Below are positions 29,227 to 39,464 of a stretch of DNA of 64,000 bases, in pieces (position 1 is the first letter of the stretch; each line of letters opens with the position of its first letter). The DNA comes from Calditrichia bacterium (GTDB taxonomy: Bacteria; Calditrichota; Calditrichia; RBG-13-44-9; J075), in NCBI GenBank assembly GCA_028284445.1, contig JANQRS010000068.1:205300-269299 (forward strand). Reading direction: 5' to 3'. The notes below the pieces were generated by a model. The model was given only the letters and a program-made list of their open reading frames with translations, ran no database searches and had not been told where the DNA came from. The translations under genes were made by a program, and so were the position numbers.

Positions 29227-32200
29227 ATGGGGATACGTCTCTTGAACTTCATGGGGAAGCTTCACACATGTGCCGTTGTGCTATGCGTTGTTGTCGCGCT
29301 GCCGATGTTTGGCAGTGGTGGGGATGATTTTCGAAATGACAACGAAGATCGGCGCACTCGCAAAATCGATAAAGCCAAACGCATCTACGGGAAAGCAAAT
29401 GATATGTGGGATGCGGCTCACTATGATAGTGCCCGCATATACTTCCTGGACGCCGCAGTGCGCTTCCATAAGCTTGGCCTGACCAAAGAACAATTCGAAA
29501 GCAGATATTACCTCGGGCGCATGATGCTTGGGCGTATGTGGCATGATCTGAGTCTGGCCGATTCAACCCGGGATTACATACTGGATGCGATTGACATTGC
29601 CAAATCCATCAGTCCGCCTGATAAGAAGCTTCTTGAGAAGGCGGAGATGAGCCTTTACCACTATTATGTTGATACCCGTCAAATCCCCAAAGCGGTGTCC
29701 TATCTACTGTCCTTCCGGCCAGACGAAGATCCCAAACGACGTTCCGGATTTGCTTATTATCGCCTGGCAAGCAAGTTCGCTGACGAAAGCGCTGAGTTAG
29801 ATAGCTCCAATCACTACTTTTTTAAATCGCTTTCTGAATTTCGCAGATTTCAGGAAGTGGACGTGACATGCAAACGAAAAGTACCGCAGGCTTTAAAACG
29901 TCTGGGAGCAAACTACCGGCAAATGATGTACTACGACGAGGCGGAATATTTTCTGCAAGAGGGCATTCGTTTCTGTCACGAAAACTTGAAAGGTGATCCC
30001 AAATATCACCACCGTGCCGGAGAGATTTATGTGGTGTTGGCCAACCTATATGACCACTTGGGAGATGAGTACCGGGCGATTGAATATCACCAAAAGGCCT
30101 TAACTATTTGGGATGAGGTCGGGGGCAACCTGGGTGAGCAATATACCGGACTATGTCATGCCAATCTTAGCGCTGTCTACACTCAACTCCAGGAAACGGA
30201 ACTTGCCTATAAGCATTTGCGGAAAGCACGAGATATATTCCAACAACTGGAAACTAACTACAACTATGTAAGGACATACCGAACTGAAGCTCACCTCCTG
30301 GAGGCAGCCGGCCAATACCGCGAAGCTGTCCGCCGTATGCAAGAGCTCCTGCCACTTTTTACAAGGCGTCTCGGCGCAGAACACCCTGAAACAATGTTCG
30401 CACAGTTGGGAACTGCCCGCCTTTTTCACAAAGATCGCAATAATTCCAGGGCCCTGGAAATGCTGATCGAAATGGAGCGTACGGCGAAGTCTAATAGGAG
30501 TAAATTTCGTCTTCTGTTGCCGTCGTTATATGAGACATTTGGTGATGTGTATTCTGCTGAAGGTGATTTGGAACTGGCACTGGATTATTACCAACGGGCC
30601 ATTATTGCCCGGGTGCCCGGTTTTGATTATCGCAACTACCGCATGAATCCTGACGGACGTCTGGCGTACAATAAGCGTCGGTTGCTGCGGCCGCTGGTTG
30701 GCAAGGCGCGGGTCTTGCGAGTGCGTTATCACGAGAGCAGTCGCGACATTGCCGATCTAACGTTGTCCCTGGAAACGCTTCGGTTAGCCATGAACCTCTT
30801 TGGTGAAATTCGACGTGATTATCATGTACAGTCGAAGTATGCCTTCTCCCAGGAGTCTTTTGATTTGGTGCCGGAAGCGATCGAAACAGCAACAGAGCTA
30901 TACCGGCAAACCGATGACAAGCAATATCTGAGATTGGCCTTCGCCTTTTCCGAACAATTGAAGTCTGTTACCTTACGAGAAACGCTTTCAGATGCGGCTG
31001 CCAAGAATTTTGGTGGCATTCATCGCTACAAACTTCAGCAAGAGAAAGAGCTAAAGGCAGATCTGGCCTATTGTGAATTGCGTATTTCCGAGATGAAATT
31101 TGCCAGTGATCCGGCAAGCGTTATAAAACTTCGTCAACTACAGGATCAATATTTCGATCTGCGGCGGCGATACGACGAAATGATTGCTTCTTTCGAAACG
31201 GATTATCCGCGCTATTATCAACTCAAATATCAGAATCGGACGACAAGTATTGATGAAATCCAATCGCTGCTGGATGAGGAAACCGCGCTTGTCAACTATT
31301 TGGTTGGTGCTTCAAAAATCTACATTTTTGTGATCAGCAAGAATGATTTTGTGGTTCGCACGCAACGTATCGAATCTGACTTCAAAAACGTCGTCAACCA
31401 ATTCTATGTGCAGTTAAAAAAGCTGACCGAGTCCCATGCGATGCTCAAGTCCGGTAAACAGCTGCACAATATCTTGATTAATCCGATTCGTGATGCCATT
31501 GAGGACAAAGCGAAGCTGGTGATTATCCCGGATGCCGGCTTGACATATGTACCCTGTGAGGCTTTGGTTGAGACCTCTTTTCAGAGCAAGCAACGTCGAA
31601 TTCTCTTCGAAAAAGTGCCATTCCTTATTCATAAGCATGAAATTCGATATCACTATTCCGCCAATCTGTTTGTGGATGCAGCAAAGAAGCGCCAAATCCC
31701 AACCATTCAGCGTGAAAATATGCTGGCATTGGCGCCGGTATTTTCAAAGGAAGAAGGAAATGGCGTATTAGCCAGTCTCGATGAACATTTGGCCCGTATG
31801 CTAAATCTTGATGAGCTGATCGGGACGATTGACAGTGAACGAAGCAGTTTTGTCGAGCTGCCGCATTCCAAGACGGAAGTTCAACGAATTGTCAATGCCT
31901 GGAATAAGGATGATCGTCGGGCAACCGGCTATTTGGGAAGTGACGCTACCGAGACCAACTTTAAGAACGATGTGCAGAGCTATAAGTATATTCATATTGC
32001 CAGTCATAGCTTTATGCATCAGGATAATCCGCGACTGAGCGGCATTGCTTTTTCGCAATTGACACGACAGCCGACACCCGATGATGGTATTTTGTATACC
32101 AGCGAGATTTACAATCTGTCGATGAATGCCGATCTGGTGACTTTAAGCAGCTGTGAAAGCGGCGTTGGCAAGCTGATAAAGGGAGAAGGAATGATGGCGA

Positions 32201-32421
32201 TGACCCGTGGTTTCCTGACCGCAGGCGCCAAGAATGTCGTTGTTTCTCTCTGGCGGGTGCGTGACCGGCATACCACAGATTTAATGATTCGCTTTTATGA
32301 TGAGATCCTGAAAAACAAGTCTTATGGTGAGGCTTTGCGTAATGCCAAACTTGCCTTGCTCAGGAACCCGGTAACGGCGCACCCCAATTCCTGGAGCACC
32401 TTCGTGCTGGTCGGGCAATAG
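29227..32421 (+). CDS. TPR-repeat protein with C-terminal CHAT (caspase-like) domain; start uncertain
   Basis: Multiple TPR-like repeats; IIPDAGL..VP.EAL, HIASH, LVTLSSCESG, VVVSLWRVRD and HPNSWSTFVLVG motifs; hydrophobic N-terminus. Confidence 0.92.
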   Translation: MGIRLLNFMGKLHTCAVVLCVVVALPMFGSGGDDFRNDNEDRRTRKIDKAKRIYGKANDMWDAAHYDSARIYFLDAAVRFHKLGLTKEQFESRYYLGRMMLGRMWHDLSLADSTRDYILDAIDIAKSISPPDKKLLEKAEMSLYHYYVDTRQIPKAVSYLLSFRPDEDPKRRSGFAYYRLASKFADESAELDSSNHYFFKSLSEFRRFQEVDVTCKRKVPQALKRLGANYRQMMYYDEAEYFLQEGIRFCHENLKGDPKYHHRAGEIYVVLANLYDHLGDEYRAIEYHQKALTIWDEVGGNLGEQYTGLCHANLSAVYTQLQETELAYKHLRKARDIFQQLETNYNYVRTYRTEAHLLEAAGQYREAVRRMQELLPLFTRRLGAEHPETMFAQLGTARLFHKDRNNSRALEMLIEMERTAKSNRSKFRLLLPSLYETFGDVYSAEGDLELALDYYQRAIIARVPGFDYRNYRMNPDGRLAYNKRRLLRPLVGKARVLRVRYHESSRDIADLTLSLETLRLAMNLFGEIRRDYHVQSKYAFSQESFDLVPEAIETATELYRQTDDKQYLRLAFAFSEQLKSVTLRETLSDAAAKNFGGIHRYKLQQEKELKADLAYCELRISEMKFASDPASVIKLRQLQDQYFDLRRRYDEMIASFETDYPRYYQLKYQNRTTSIDEIQSLLDEETALVNYLVGASKIYIFVISKNDFVVRTQRIESDFKNVVNQFYVQLKKLTESHAMLKSGKQLHNILINPIRDAIEDKAKLVIIPDAGLTYVPCEALVETSFQSKQRRILFEKVPFLIHKHEIRYHYSANLFVDAAKKRQIPTIQRENMLALAPVFSKEEGNGVLASLDEHLARMLNLDELIGTIDSERSSFVELPHSKTEVQRIVNAWNKDDRRATGYLGSDATETNFKNDVQSYKYIHIASHSFMHQDNPRLSGIAFSQLTRQPTPDDGILYTSEIYNLSMNADLVTLSSCESGVGKLIKGEGMMAMTRGFLTAGAKNVVVSLWRVRDRHTTDLMIRFYDEILKNKSYGEALRNAKLALLRNPVTAHPNSWSTFVLVGQ

Positions 32422-32439
32422 TTACCCGCCCAAGTCACT

Positions 32440-33603
32440 TCATCCAACTACCAGCCGGGGAATTTCCGGATTTAATCGCGCGACAATTTCATAATTGATC
32501 GTTCCGCAGAGCGCCGCCAACTGGTCCGCCGTAATCTCTTCTTTGCCCTGCCGACCGATTAATACCGCTTCATCGTCTAGCTGCGCTTCCGGAATATCGG
32601 AAAGATCAATCATCATCAAATTCATGCAAATGCGTCCGCGGACCGGTGCACGCTTGCCGCGAACCAATATATATCCCTGGTTCGACAAGCCTCGATCGTA
32701 TCCATCAGAATAGCCAATTGGCAAAATGCCCAGACGGGTCTCCCGGGTTGTTTTGTAGGTGCGGCCATAGCCAACCGAGCTGTCGGCCGGAACAGTTTTA
32801 ATTTGATTGAGACGCGTCTTCCAGGTAAGAACCGGCCTTAAAGCGTCCTTTACAGATCTGGCTGTTTGCTCCTGAAATGAAACCATGGTTTCCCGTGATG
32901 GCCAGAGGCCATATTGACCAATGCCAAGCCGGACCATTTCAAAGTGGGTTTCCGGGAATAGAATCGCTGCAGCAGTGCAGGCAGCATGACGACGAATAAT
33001 CGGGAATCCGGCGGTTTTGATGGTGTCAACCAGTTTGTCGAAGCTCGCGCGCTGGTGTGCAGAGTAATCGTAGTTTGTGGTGTCTTCGATGTCTGCAAAA
33101 TGGGTGTAGACGGCTTCCAGCAGAACCTGTCGCGTTGCTTTTAATTCTGTAAGGAACCCTGCGAGATCAGCTTCCGCAATGCCTTGCCGGTGCGTACCTG
33201 TTTCCAGCTTGAGGTGAATTCGGGCCAATTTGTCCTGCGGTAGGTCGAGCCGGTGCAGAGCTCGCAAGGTTTCGTGATTATAGACGACAAAACGGTAGTT
33301 CTCTTCGACAGCTTCTCTCAATCGACGCAAGGGAATTGGACCCATAATCAGCACATTTTGCCGGAAGCCGGCGCGACGTAAACGCTGCGCTTCGTCGATG
33401 GAATGGACGCAGAAGGAATCGGCGCCATGCTTGGCGGCCAGTCTGGCAATAGATTGCCAGCCGTGCCCGTAGGCATTGGCCTTTACGACAGCTGATAGCT
33501 CTGTGCCTTTGCCGATAAGCTTCCGAAAAAATCCCAGGTTCTGGGCATAGGCCGATTCCGAGATTTCTATCCAGGTGTTATTGAGGAAAAGTGATTCGAC
33601 CAT
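32440..33603 (-). CDS. alr: Alanine racemase
   Basis: AVVKANAYGHG, VRLGIGQYG, SVGYGRTY, GYSDGY and GRICMN motifs. Confidence 0.96.
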   Translation of the reverse strand: MVESLFLNNTWIEISESAYAQNLGFFRKLIGKGTELSAVVKANAYGHGWQSIARLAAKHGADSFCVHSIDEAQRLRRAGFRQNVLIMGPIPLRRLREAVEENYRFVVYNHETLRALHRLDLPQDKLARIHLKLETGTHRQGIAEADLAGFLTELKATRQVLLEAVYTHFADIEDTTNYDYSAHQRASFDKLVDTIKTAGFPIIRRHAACTAAAILFPETHFEMVRLGIGQYGLWPSRETMVSFQEQTARSVKDALRPVLTWKTRLNQIKTVPADSSVGYGRTYKTTRETRLGILPIGYSDGYDRGLSNQGYILVRGKRAPVRGRICMNLMMIDLSDIPEAQLDDEAVLIGRQGKEEITADQLAALCGTINYEIVARLNPEIPRLVVG

Positions 33604-33627
33604 GGTTTGACTTTCAATGCTCGCCTG

Positions 33628-35511
33628 TCAATCATAAAACAGCCAGTTGACTCCGACGCGAAAAACCCGGAAATCAGAGACCGTTGTTTCAATATAGCGG
33701 TATTTTGTGGAGAGAATATTTTCCCAAATCACAAACAGGACTGCATCATTAAAATAGGCCTGAATGCGGGCATCGAGGATGTTAAATGTTGAGGTTGAGG
33801 TACCGCTTTCGACGGTCAATATTTCATCAGCTTCAGTTAGTCGGTAGAGATTAAGCCGGCGGTCAAAAAAGATAGAACCAAGGCCGTCGATGGACTGTAG
33901 GGAGGTAATACCTTCGATGCGCAGGGCATTATTGAACGCATTAAATCCTACTTTGGCGGTAGCAACATTCTTGAATTGCGGGCCGAAGACGGTCTCAAAA
34001 TCGCGATTGTAGCTGAACTCGTTGTGAAGTTGAATGTATTTGAACAAGAGGGCGGCATTGGTGCTAACACCGCTATTCTCGTAGTTGACCGTTTTCCAGC
34101 TGCCGGAGATGGTTTCATCAATATAAGCCGGGACGTTGTTGTTTTGATATGAGAAGGCTTCTAATCCTGCCTGGAAATATTGGGAAAGTTGGAATTGCAG
34201 GCCGGCGCTAACGCCTGTTTCTTCGATCAGGTCTTCTCCCTGGAAAGCCGGTTGCGTTGGATCATCAATGCTGCGCCAAAGCAGGGGAGTTGGCCGTGAA
34301 TCGCTGAAGGCTGTCAGGTTAAGCTTGCTTCCGCCCGGTAAATGAAATGCCGCGCCAATTTTGCCATAGGGGCGTGATGCCAGTTCGCTATGCCGGTAAA
34401 TGCCGCCGCTAACTTCCAGGTTAAGCGAGGACCATCCGGTGGTTAGGTACGCACCGAGGCGCGTGTCGCTTTCACTGGCTTCCCGCCAAAAGATTTCACC
34501 CTCATTACGGATGTCACGGAAGAAACCTTTCACCCCAAAAGTCCCGCTCCCAAATGTACGCTGATAATTCCAGCGCAGGCGGCTCAGGTGATAGCGGATA
34601 TTCCGGGCCGTGATGTTGTTTTCCCAGTAGCGATCTTCAAAAGTTGTGTATTCAGGCGTAATGGTGATAACATCATTTTCGCTCAGCTTGCCGAGCAGTC
34701 CCACCCAGAATAGATGACCAACCTGCTTGAATTTGCCGGTCCGAAGGTTAGAAAAGGTATCCCCTGCACCCATGTTGAATCGTTGCCGCAACTGCCAGTA
34801 GAATACATCTGCCGACCATTTTTCTCCTCTTTCAAAGTGCCCTTGCGCGTAATAGTTGTTGACGGTAAATCTGCCGGTGAGATTGCCCTCTGCGCCACGG
34901 CCACTGAAATTGGAGCCGGATAGCTGATAATAGCTGCCCGGGGAAAAGCGTTGATTGAGGTTGACATCAAGCATGTTGATATCAAACCCATAGTCCTGAG
35001 TGAAAACAACCCGTGATTGTGGACGCCGGCCCTTTGGTGGAGTAATGCGGGTCAGTGCCAGTTGCGGACTGCCGGTCTGCTGTATCCGCTTTTCGTACTG
35101 ATACCGGCCAATCAGTTGTTCATTCCAGAAGCCCATTACCGGATTGTCAAATTCATAGCCTTCAAATTGATACTGAAAAAAGCCGGCGGGCATTCCGCGA
35201 TAGGCAGTTGTATAGGCGCGACCGCGCTGCGTCAACGACAATGGAATAACGTCGGCACGGGCCAGCATGCGCTGCTCTTCGTTTAGCTGACCATGAATGG
35301 GGATTTTCGTCAATTTTTCGGCGCCATCTTCGATAACTGCGGCTGTATCGGTCGCAACAGAATCTGCTAAACCAAGAATGGCCAATGAATCTGCTGATTG
35401 ATTTTGTAAACCGATGCTCAGGGAGTCGCCCTGCTGTTCCTGAGCAAAAAGCGGAAGAACAACATGCGAGAGCAGGATGAGTGTGAAGAGACGAATGCCA
35501 AACTGTGTCAT
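33628..35511 (-). CDS. Putative outer-membrane beta-barrel (porin-like) protein
   Basis: Signal peptide, alternating beta-strand pattern, C-terminal FRVGVNWLFYD. Confidence 0.7.
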   Translation of the reverse strand: MTQFGIRLFTLILLSHVVLPLFAQEQQGDSLSIGLQNQSADSLAILGLADSVATDTAAVIEDGAEKLTKIPIHGQLNEEQRMLARADVIPLSLTQRGRAYTTAYRGMPAGFFQYQFEGYEFDNPVMGFWNEQLIGRYQYEKRIQQTGSPQLALTRITPPKGRRPQSRVVFTQDYGFDINMLDVNLNQRFSPGSYYQLSGSNFSGRGAEGNLTGRFTVNNYYAQGHFERGEKWSADVFYWQLRQRFNMGAGDTFSNLRTGKFKQVGHLFWVGLLGKLSENDVITITPEYTTFEDRYWENNITARNIRYHLSRLRWNYQRTFGSGTFGVKGFFRDIRNEGEIFWREASESDTRLGAYLTTGWSSLNLEVSGGIYRHSELASRPYGKIGAAFHLPGGSKLNLTAFSDSRPTPLLWRSIDDPTQPAFQGEDLIEETGVSAGLQFQLSQYFQAGLEAFSYQNNNVPAYIDETISGSWKTVNYENSGVSTNAALLFKYIQLHNEFSYNRDFETVFGPQFKNVATAKVGFNAFNNALRIEGITSLQSIDGLGSIFFDRRLNLYRLTEADEILTVESGTSTSTFNILDARIQAYFNDAVLFVIWENILSTKYRYIETTVSDFRVFRVGVNWLFYD

Positions 35512-35635
35512 GAACAAGGCTACCTGTATATCCGTATTGGCTTTTAAACGCATCAATATAGGTTGTTGATCCACTGAAAAAAATAGGATTTGCAGAACTC
35601 TTGATTTTAACTTGACTAACACCCATCTTGCCTCC

Positions 35636-38095
35636 ATGAAACACTTCACCGCGTTGATTTGGACAGGTTGCGTCCTGTTTGCATCATATATATGCGCTCA
35701 ACCACAATTTGAGCGCGAAGTTAATCCTTTCTTCGTTGGTATTGATCCTGGCAGCGCATTAGATCAACCCTTTCTTGGTGGCCTGAACATGCCTGCGCCG
35801 CAATTTGTTGATATCGACAATGATGGCGATCTCGATCTTTTCGTTCATGAAGAATTAGATAGGGTTGTTTTTTTGCGTAATGAAGGAACCGCGAACACAC
35901 CCACATTTGTCTTGGAAGAAGATCAATTCCTTGATATTCGCGGGGCGAGCTGGTCGCGTTTTGTCGATGTGGATGGTGACGGTGATCTGGATCTATGTAT
36001 CGATTTCAGCGGTCGCGTAAACCTTTATCAAAATACCGGAAGCGCTGAAAGCGGATCATGGGAGCTACTTCTTGGAAGTTTGCAAACGCCGAATGGCGAT
36101 TTTGTTCAAACCGACGGCATTAGCACACCGGACTTTACTGATATTGATGGTGACGGCGATCCCGATTTGATGGTAGGCAAACAGAATGGGCGCATTACCT
36201 GGTATGAATATGTCAGTCTTAACAGCGATCAAAAACCGGTTTTTCTGCTAAAAACCGACTTTTTCTCGGAAATTGAGATCATTTTGGATGGCAAGCGGGA
36301 GAAAACGAGCCGTCATGGTGCCAATGCCTTGCACTTCTTCGATCTCAATCAAGACGGTGATCTTGATTTGTTCTGGGGTGATTTCTTTCTCGGCGGCATT
36401 GCATATCTTGAAAATGTTGGGAATGCCTCGACGCCAAACTTCGATAATTCAATGCTGGTAGAGAATTTCCCGGTAGAAGATCCGGTTGTGAGTGGCGGTT
36501 ACAATGTGCCCTGGCTGGCAGACATCAACGACGATGCGCTGCCGGATCTATTTGTGGGGATATATGGCGGTAATGTCTCCTTCCTTGAAAGTATTGAAGA
36601 TAACTTCATGTTTTATCTGAATAGCGGTACGCCGGGACAGCCGCAATTTAATCAGCAAACCCGCCGCTATCTCGATGGCCTTGATTTTGGACAGCACAGC
36701 ACGCCGCTCCTGCATGATGTTGACGATGACGGTGATCTTGATCTGTTCGTGGCAGCCCAGGAAGATTTATCCGCGCCCGATGCCGGTAACAGCCGCATTC
36801 ATTTTTATCGTAATACCGGTAGCATTACGGAACCGTCGTTGTCGCTTGAGGACGATCATCTACTGGGACGTGATGTACAATTTGAGAACAACCTGACACC
36901 GGCGCTCGCCGACCTTGATGGGGATAATGATCCCGATATGATCCTCGGTAGTTGGAATGGGGCAATGCTCTATTATCGAAACATCGGTACTTTGGCCAAT
37001 CCGCAATTTGTTGAAGCGGATGCTGGTTTTCTTGACGTGGTTATTGGTAGTCACATTGCTCCCGTGCTTCACGACGTCGATAATGACGGTGATGTGGATC
37101 TTTTTTGCGGGACGATCGGCGGCAATGTGCATTTTTATGAAAACACCGGCTCAGGAAGCGCACCACTGTTCCAGTTGGTGACCCAATCTTTTGCCAACAT
37201 TCTAGTTGGGTCTTACAGTAAACCGGCATTTGTTGATATTAATGGCGACGGCGATAAGGATCTTCTGGTCGGCAGCCTGCTGCAGGGCACCCAGCTTTAT
37301 CGGAATATCGGCGGCCCGTTGGAATTTGTGCACGATCCGGCTTTTGAATTGCCAATGTTTCGGCGCATGGCGCCCGCTGCAGGGGATCTTGACGGTGACG
37401 GTGATCCTGACCTCTTAACTGGGCTAAGCGCTGGCGGACTGGCTTATTTTCGGAATGTGAGCGAACAGGGCAGTCGCGGCTTTGATATCGAGCCGCTGGC
37501 TTTCGATTACGGCGTTGTCGAGGTTGGCCGCGAAGTGCTTTTTTCTTTTCAGATCATTAATCCGAATACTCAAATACTGACATTTGATGATATTTCGATC
37601 AGTGGCACAGATGCTGGCCGTTTTTCCGTTGCCGATAATGCGATCAATGATTTACAGCTAGGCCCTGGGGAAAAAGGGGATTTAGAGATCGCTTTCAGAC
37701 CGCAGGAAGACCTGGCTTATTCGGCAGAATTAGTTCTCGAGGTTGGTCAAGACCGATTGGCGATTCCCATAGCCGGTAAAGGCACGGTGCTGCGAGAGTC
37801 GGTAGCGGTGTTGCCCAATTTCCCCAATCCGCTTGCTGCCTCAACAACCCTGGTTTACAGCCTGAAAATTAGCGATGCCGAGCGTAATGATGCTCATGAA
37901 GTGTTTATTTTTAATACGTTGGGTCAGAAGATACGCTACTGGCGCATTTCGAATAGTAGTGCTGGTGCACGAAACACCTTAAGTTGGGATGCGCGTAACG
38001 AGGCCGGTATCCCGGTGGCCAGCGGCATCTATTTTTGCGTCCTTAAAACCAGCCGCGGGGAAATTGCGTCGCGAAAACTGGTAGTGCTGCGATAG
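35636..38095 (+). CDS. Secreted FG-GAP/VCBS-repeat protein with Ig-like and C-terminal sorting domains
   Basis: About 10 D.D.DGD.DL repeats each followed by Y.N.G; NFPNP...IFNTLGQKIR...SGIYF end. Confidence 0.9.
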   Translation: MKHFTALIWTGCVLFASYICAQPQFEREVNPFFVGIDPGSALDQPFLGGLNMPAPQFVDIDNDGDLDLFVHEELDRVVFLRNEGTANTPTFVLEEDQFLDIRGASWSRFVDVDGDGDLDLCIDFSGRVNLYQNTGSAESGSWELLLGSLQTPNGDFVQTDGISTPDFTDIDGDGDPDLMVGKQNGRITWYEYVSLNSDQKPVFLLKTDFFSEIEIILDGKREKTSRHGANALHFFDLNQDGDLDLFWGDFFLGGIAYLENVGNASTPNFDNSMLVENFPVEDPVVSGGYNVPWLADINDDALPDLFVGIYGGNVSFLESIEDNFMFYLNSGTPGQPQFNQQTRRYLDGLDFGQHSTPLLHDVDDDGDLDLFVAAQEDLSAPDAGNSRIHFYRNTGSITEPSLSLEDDHLLGRDVQFENNLTPALADLDGDNDPDMILGSWNGAMLYYRNIGTLANPQFVEADAGFLDVVIGSHIAPVLHDVDNDGDVDLFCGTIGGNVHFYENTGSGSAPLFQLVTQSFANILVGSYSKPAFVDINGDGDKDLLVGSLLQGTQLYRNIGGPLEFVHDPAFELPMFRRMAPAAGDLDGDGDPDLLTGLSAGGLAYFRNVSEQGSRGFDIEPLAFDYGVVEVGREVLFSFQIINPNTQILTFDDISISGTDAGRFSVADNAINDLQLGPGEKGDLEIAFRPQEDLAYSAELVLEVGQDRLAIPIAGKGTVLRESVAVLPNFPNPLAASTTLVYSLKISDAERNDAHEVFIFNTLGQKIRYWRISNSSAGARNTLSWDARNEAGIPVASGIYFCVLKTSRGEIASRKLVVLR

Positions 38096-38136
38096 CTTCC
38101 CCAATCGCAATGGTGTTTACAAGCCGGCGTCGGTCA

Positions 38137-39315
38137 CTATTGATTTTGCCAATCTCCTTCGCTATCCGTCTTAATTAGCAGAACATCACCATTAGTGCCG
38201 TCGAAGCTTTGCTGGTGACCGGTGATGATATATCCCCCGTCACTTGCTTCCCGGACCGTGTAGCCGAATTCAAGCATGTTGTTTCGTCCAAACGTTCTGT
38301 CCCAAAGCATATCCCCGGCGCTATCCGCCTTGATCAGGTAAATGTCCCGGTTTTTGTCTGTAAATCCGACCGCGATATAGCCGCCGTCCGATGTTTGATA
38401 CCCCTTGATGCCTCGTTCTTCTGCGCTTCCGCCGTGCACTTTGGTCCATTGTTCATTCCCTTCGGCGTCTGTTTTGATCAGGTACAGGTCTCTTGCGCCA
38501 TTTGTTGCAAAACTTTCACCATAACCGCTTAGCAAATAACCACCGTCGTCGGTTAATGCTATAGAATGTGCGACATCGTAACCATCTCCGCCGAAGGTCT
38601 TGAACCACTCCAGCTTTCCCCCGGCGTCTGTTTTCAGCAGATAGCCATCCCGATCTTGCGGACCGATACTGGTGAAGCTATAGCTGATACCAGTGGCGAC
38701 ATAGCCACCATCTGCAGTTTGCTGAACTGAAAAAATGCGATCGATTTTCTCACCGCCGTAGAAGTTTTCCCATTCCTTATTGCCGGCGGAATCTAACTTG
38801 ATAAGATAGGCGTCGATGTCACCATGACCGTCACTATCGCTTTGGGCGGCAATAATAAATCCGCCGTCGGCAGCTTGTCGAATGTCCCAACCGAACTCGT
38901 CTCCTTCTCCTCCAAAAGTCTTTGTCCACAGGGTTGTGCCTTCGCTGTCCGTTCGAATTAGATAGACATCGTTACCGCCATTCCCGAAACTATCGCTATA
39001 GCCTGCAATGATAAACCCGCCATCGCCGGTTTGTCTAACCGCCCAGCCATAGTCCTCTCCTTCTCCTCCAAAAGTCTTTGTCCACAGGGTGTCTCCTGAT
39101 AGATTGGTTCGTACCAATAATGCATCCTCACGCGTCGCGGGACTCTGAGTCGTATAGCCGGCTACAACAAAACCGCTGCCGATGACTTCTTCAACCGTTA
39201 CGCCGCGGTCAAATGAAGAGACGTCTATCTGCACAAAAAAGGTCTTTGGCCCCGGCCCGCAACTGTGGAATACGAGCGACAGACTCATAATAAGAACCAA
39301 CATTCTGATTGTCAT
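38137..39315 (-). CDS. Beta-propeller repeat lipoprotein
   Basis: Lipobox (FHSC); about 7 repeats of W.KT(F/Y)GG...D....(V/I).Q..DGG(F/Y)I..G...D.YL.KTD. Confidence 0.85.
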   Translation of the reverse strand: MTIRMLVLIMSLSLVFHSCGPGPKTFFVQIDVSSFDRGVTVEEVIGSGFVVAGYTTQSPATREDALLVRTNLSGDTLWTKTFGGEGEDYGWAVRQTGDGGFIIAGYSDSFGNGGNDVYLIRTDSEGTTLWTKTFGGEGDEFGWDIRQAADGGFIIAAQSDSDGHGDIDAYLIKLDSAGNKEWENFYGGEKIDRIFSVQQTADGGYVATGISYSFTSIGPQDRDGYLLKTDAGGKLEWFKTFGGDGYDVAHSIALTDDGGYLLSGYGESFATNGARDLYLIKTDAEGNEQWTKVHGGSAEERGIKGYQTSDGGYIAVGFTDKNRDIYLIKADSAGDMLWDRTFGRNNMLEFGYTVREASDGGYIITGHQQSFDGTNGDVLLIKTDSEGDWQNQ

Positions 39316-39464
39316 AAGGAACTCCGCATGGCTCGTTTAAACACATTGAGTTTGAATAAGTATTTCCAAATACATAACTAAGTGACAAATAGCGGGAAAA
39401 GATAGCCATTGTGCCCAAAACAATCGTCCCGATTCCGGAATTGATACTATTTAGCAGCAATTTT

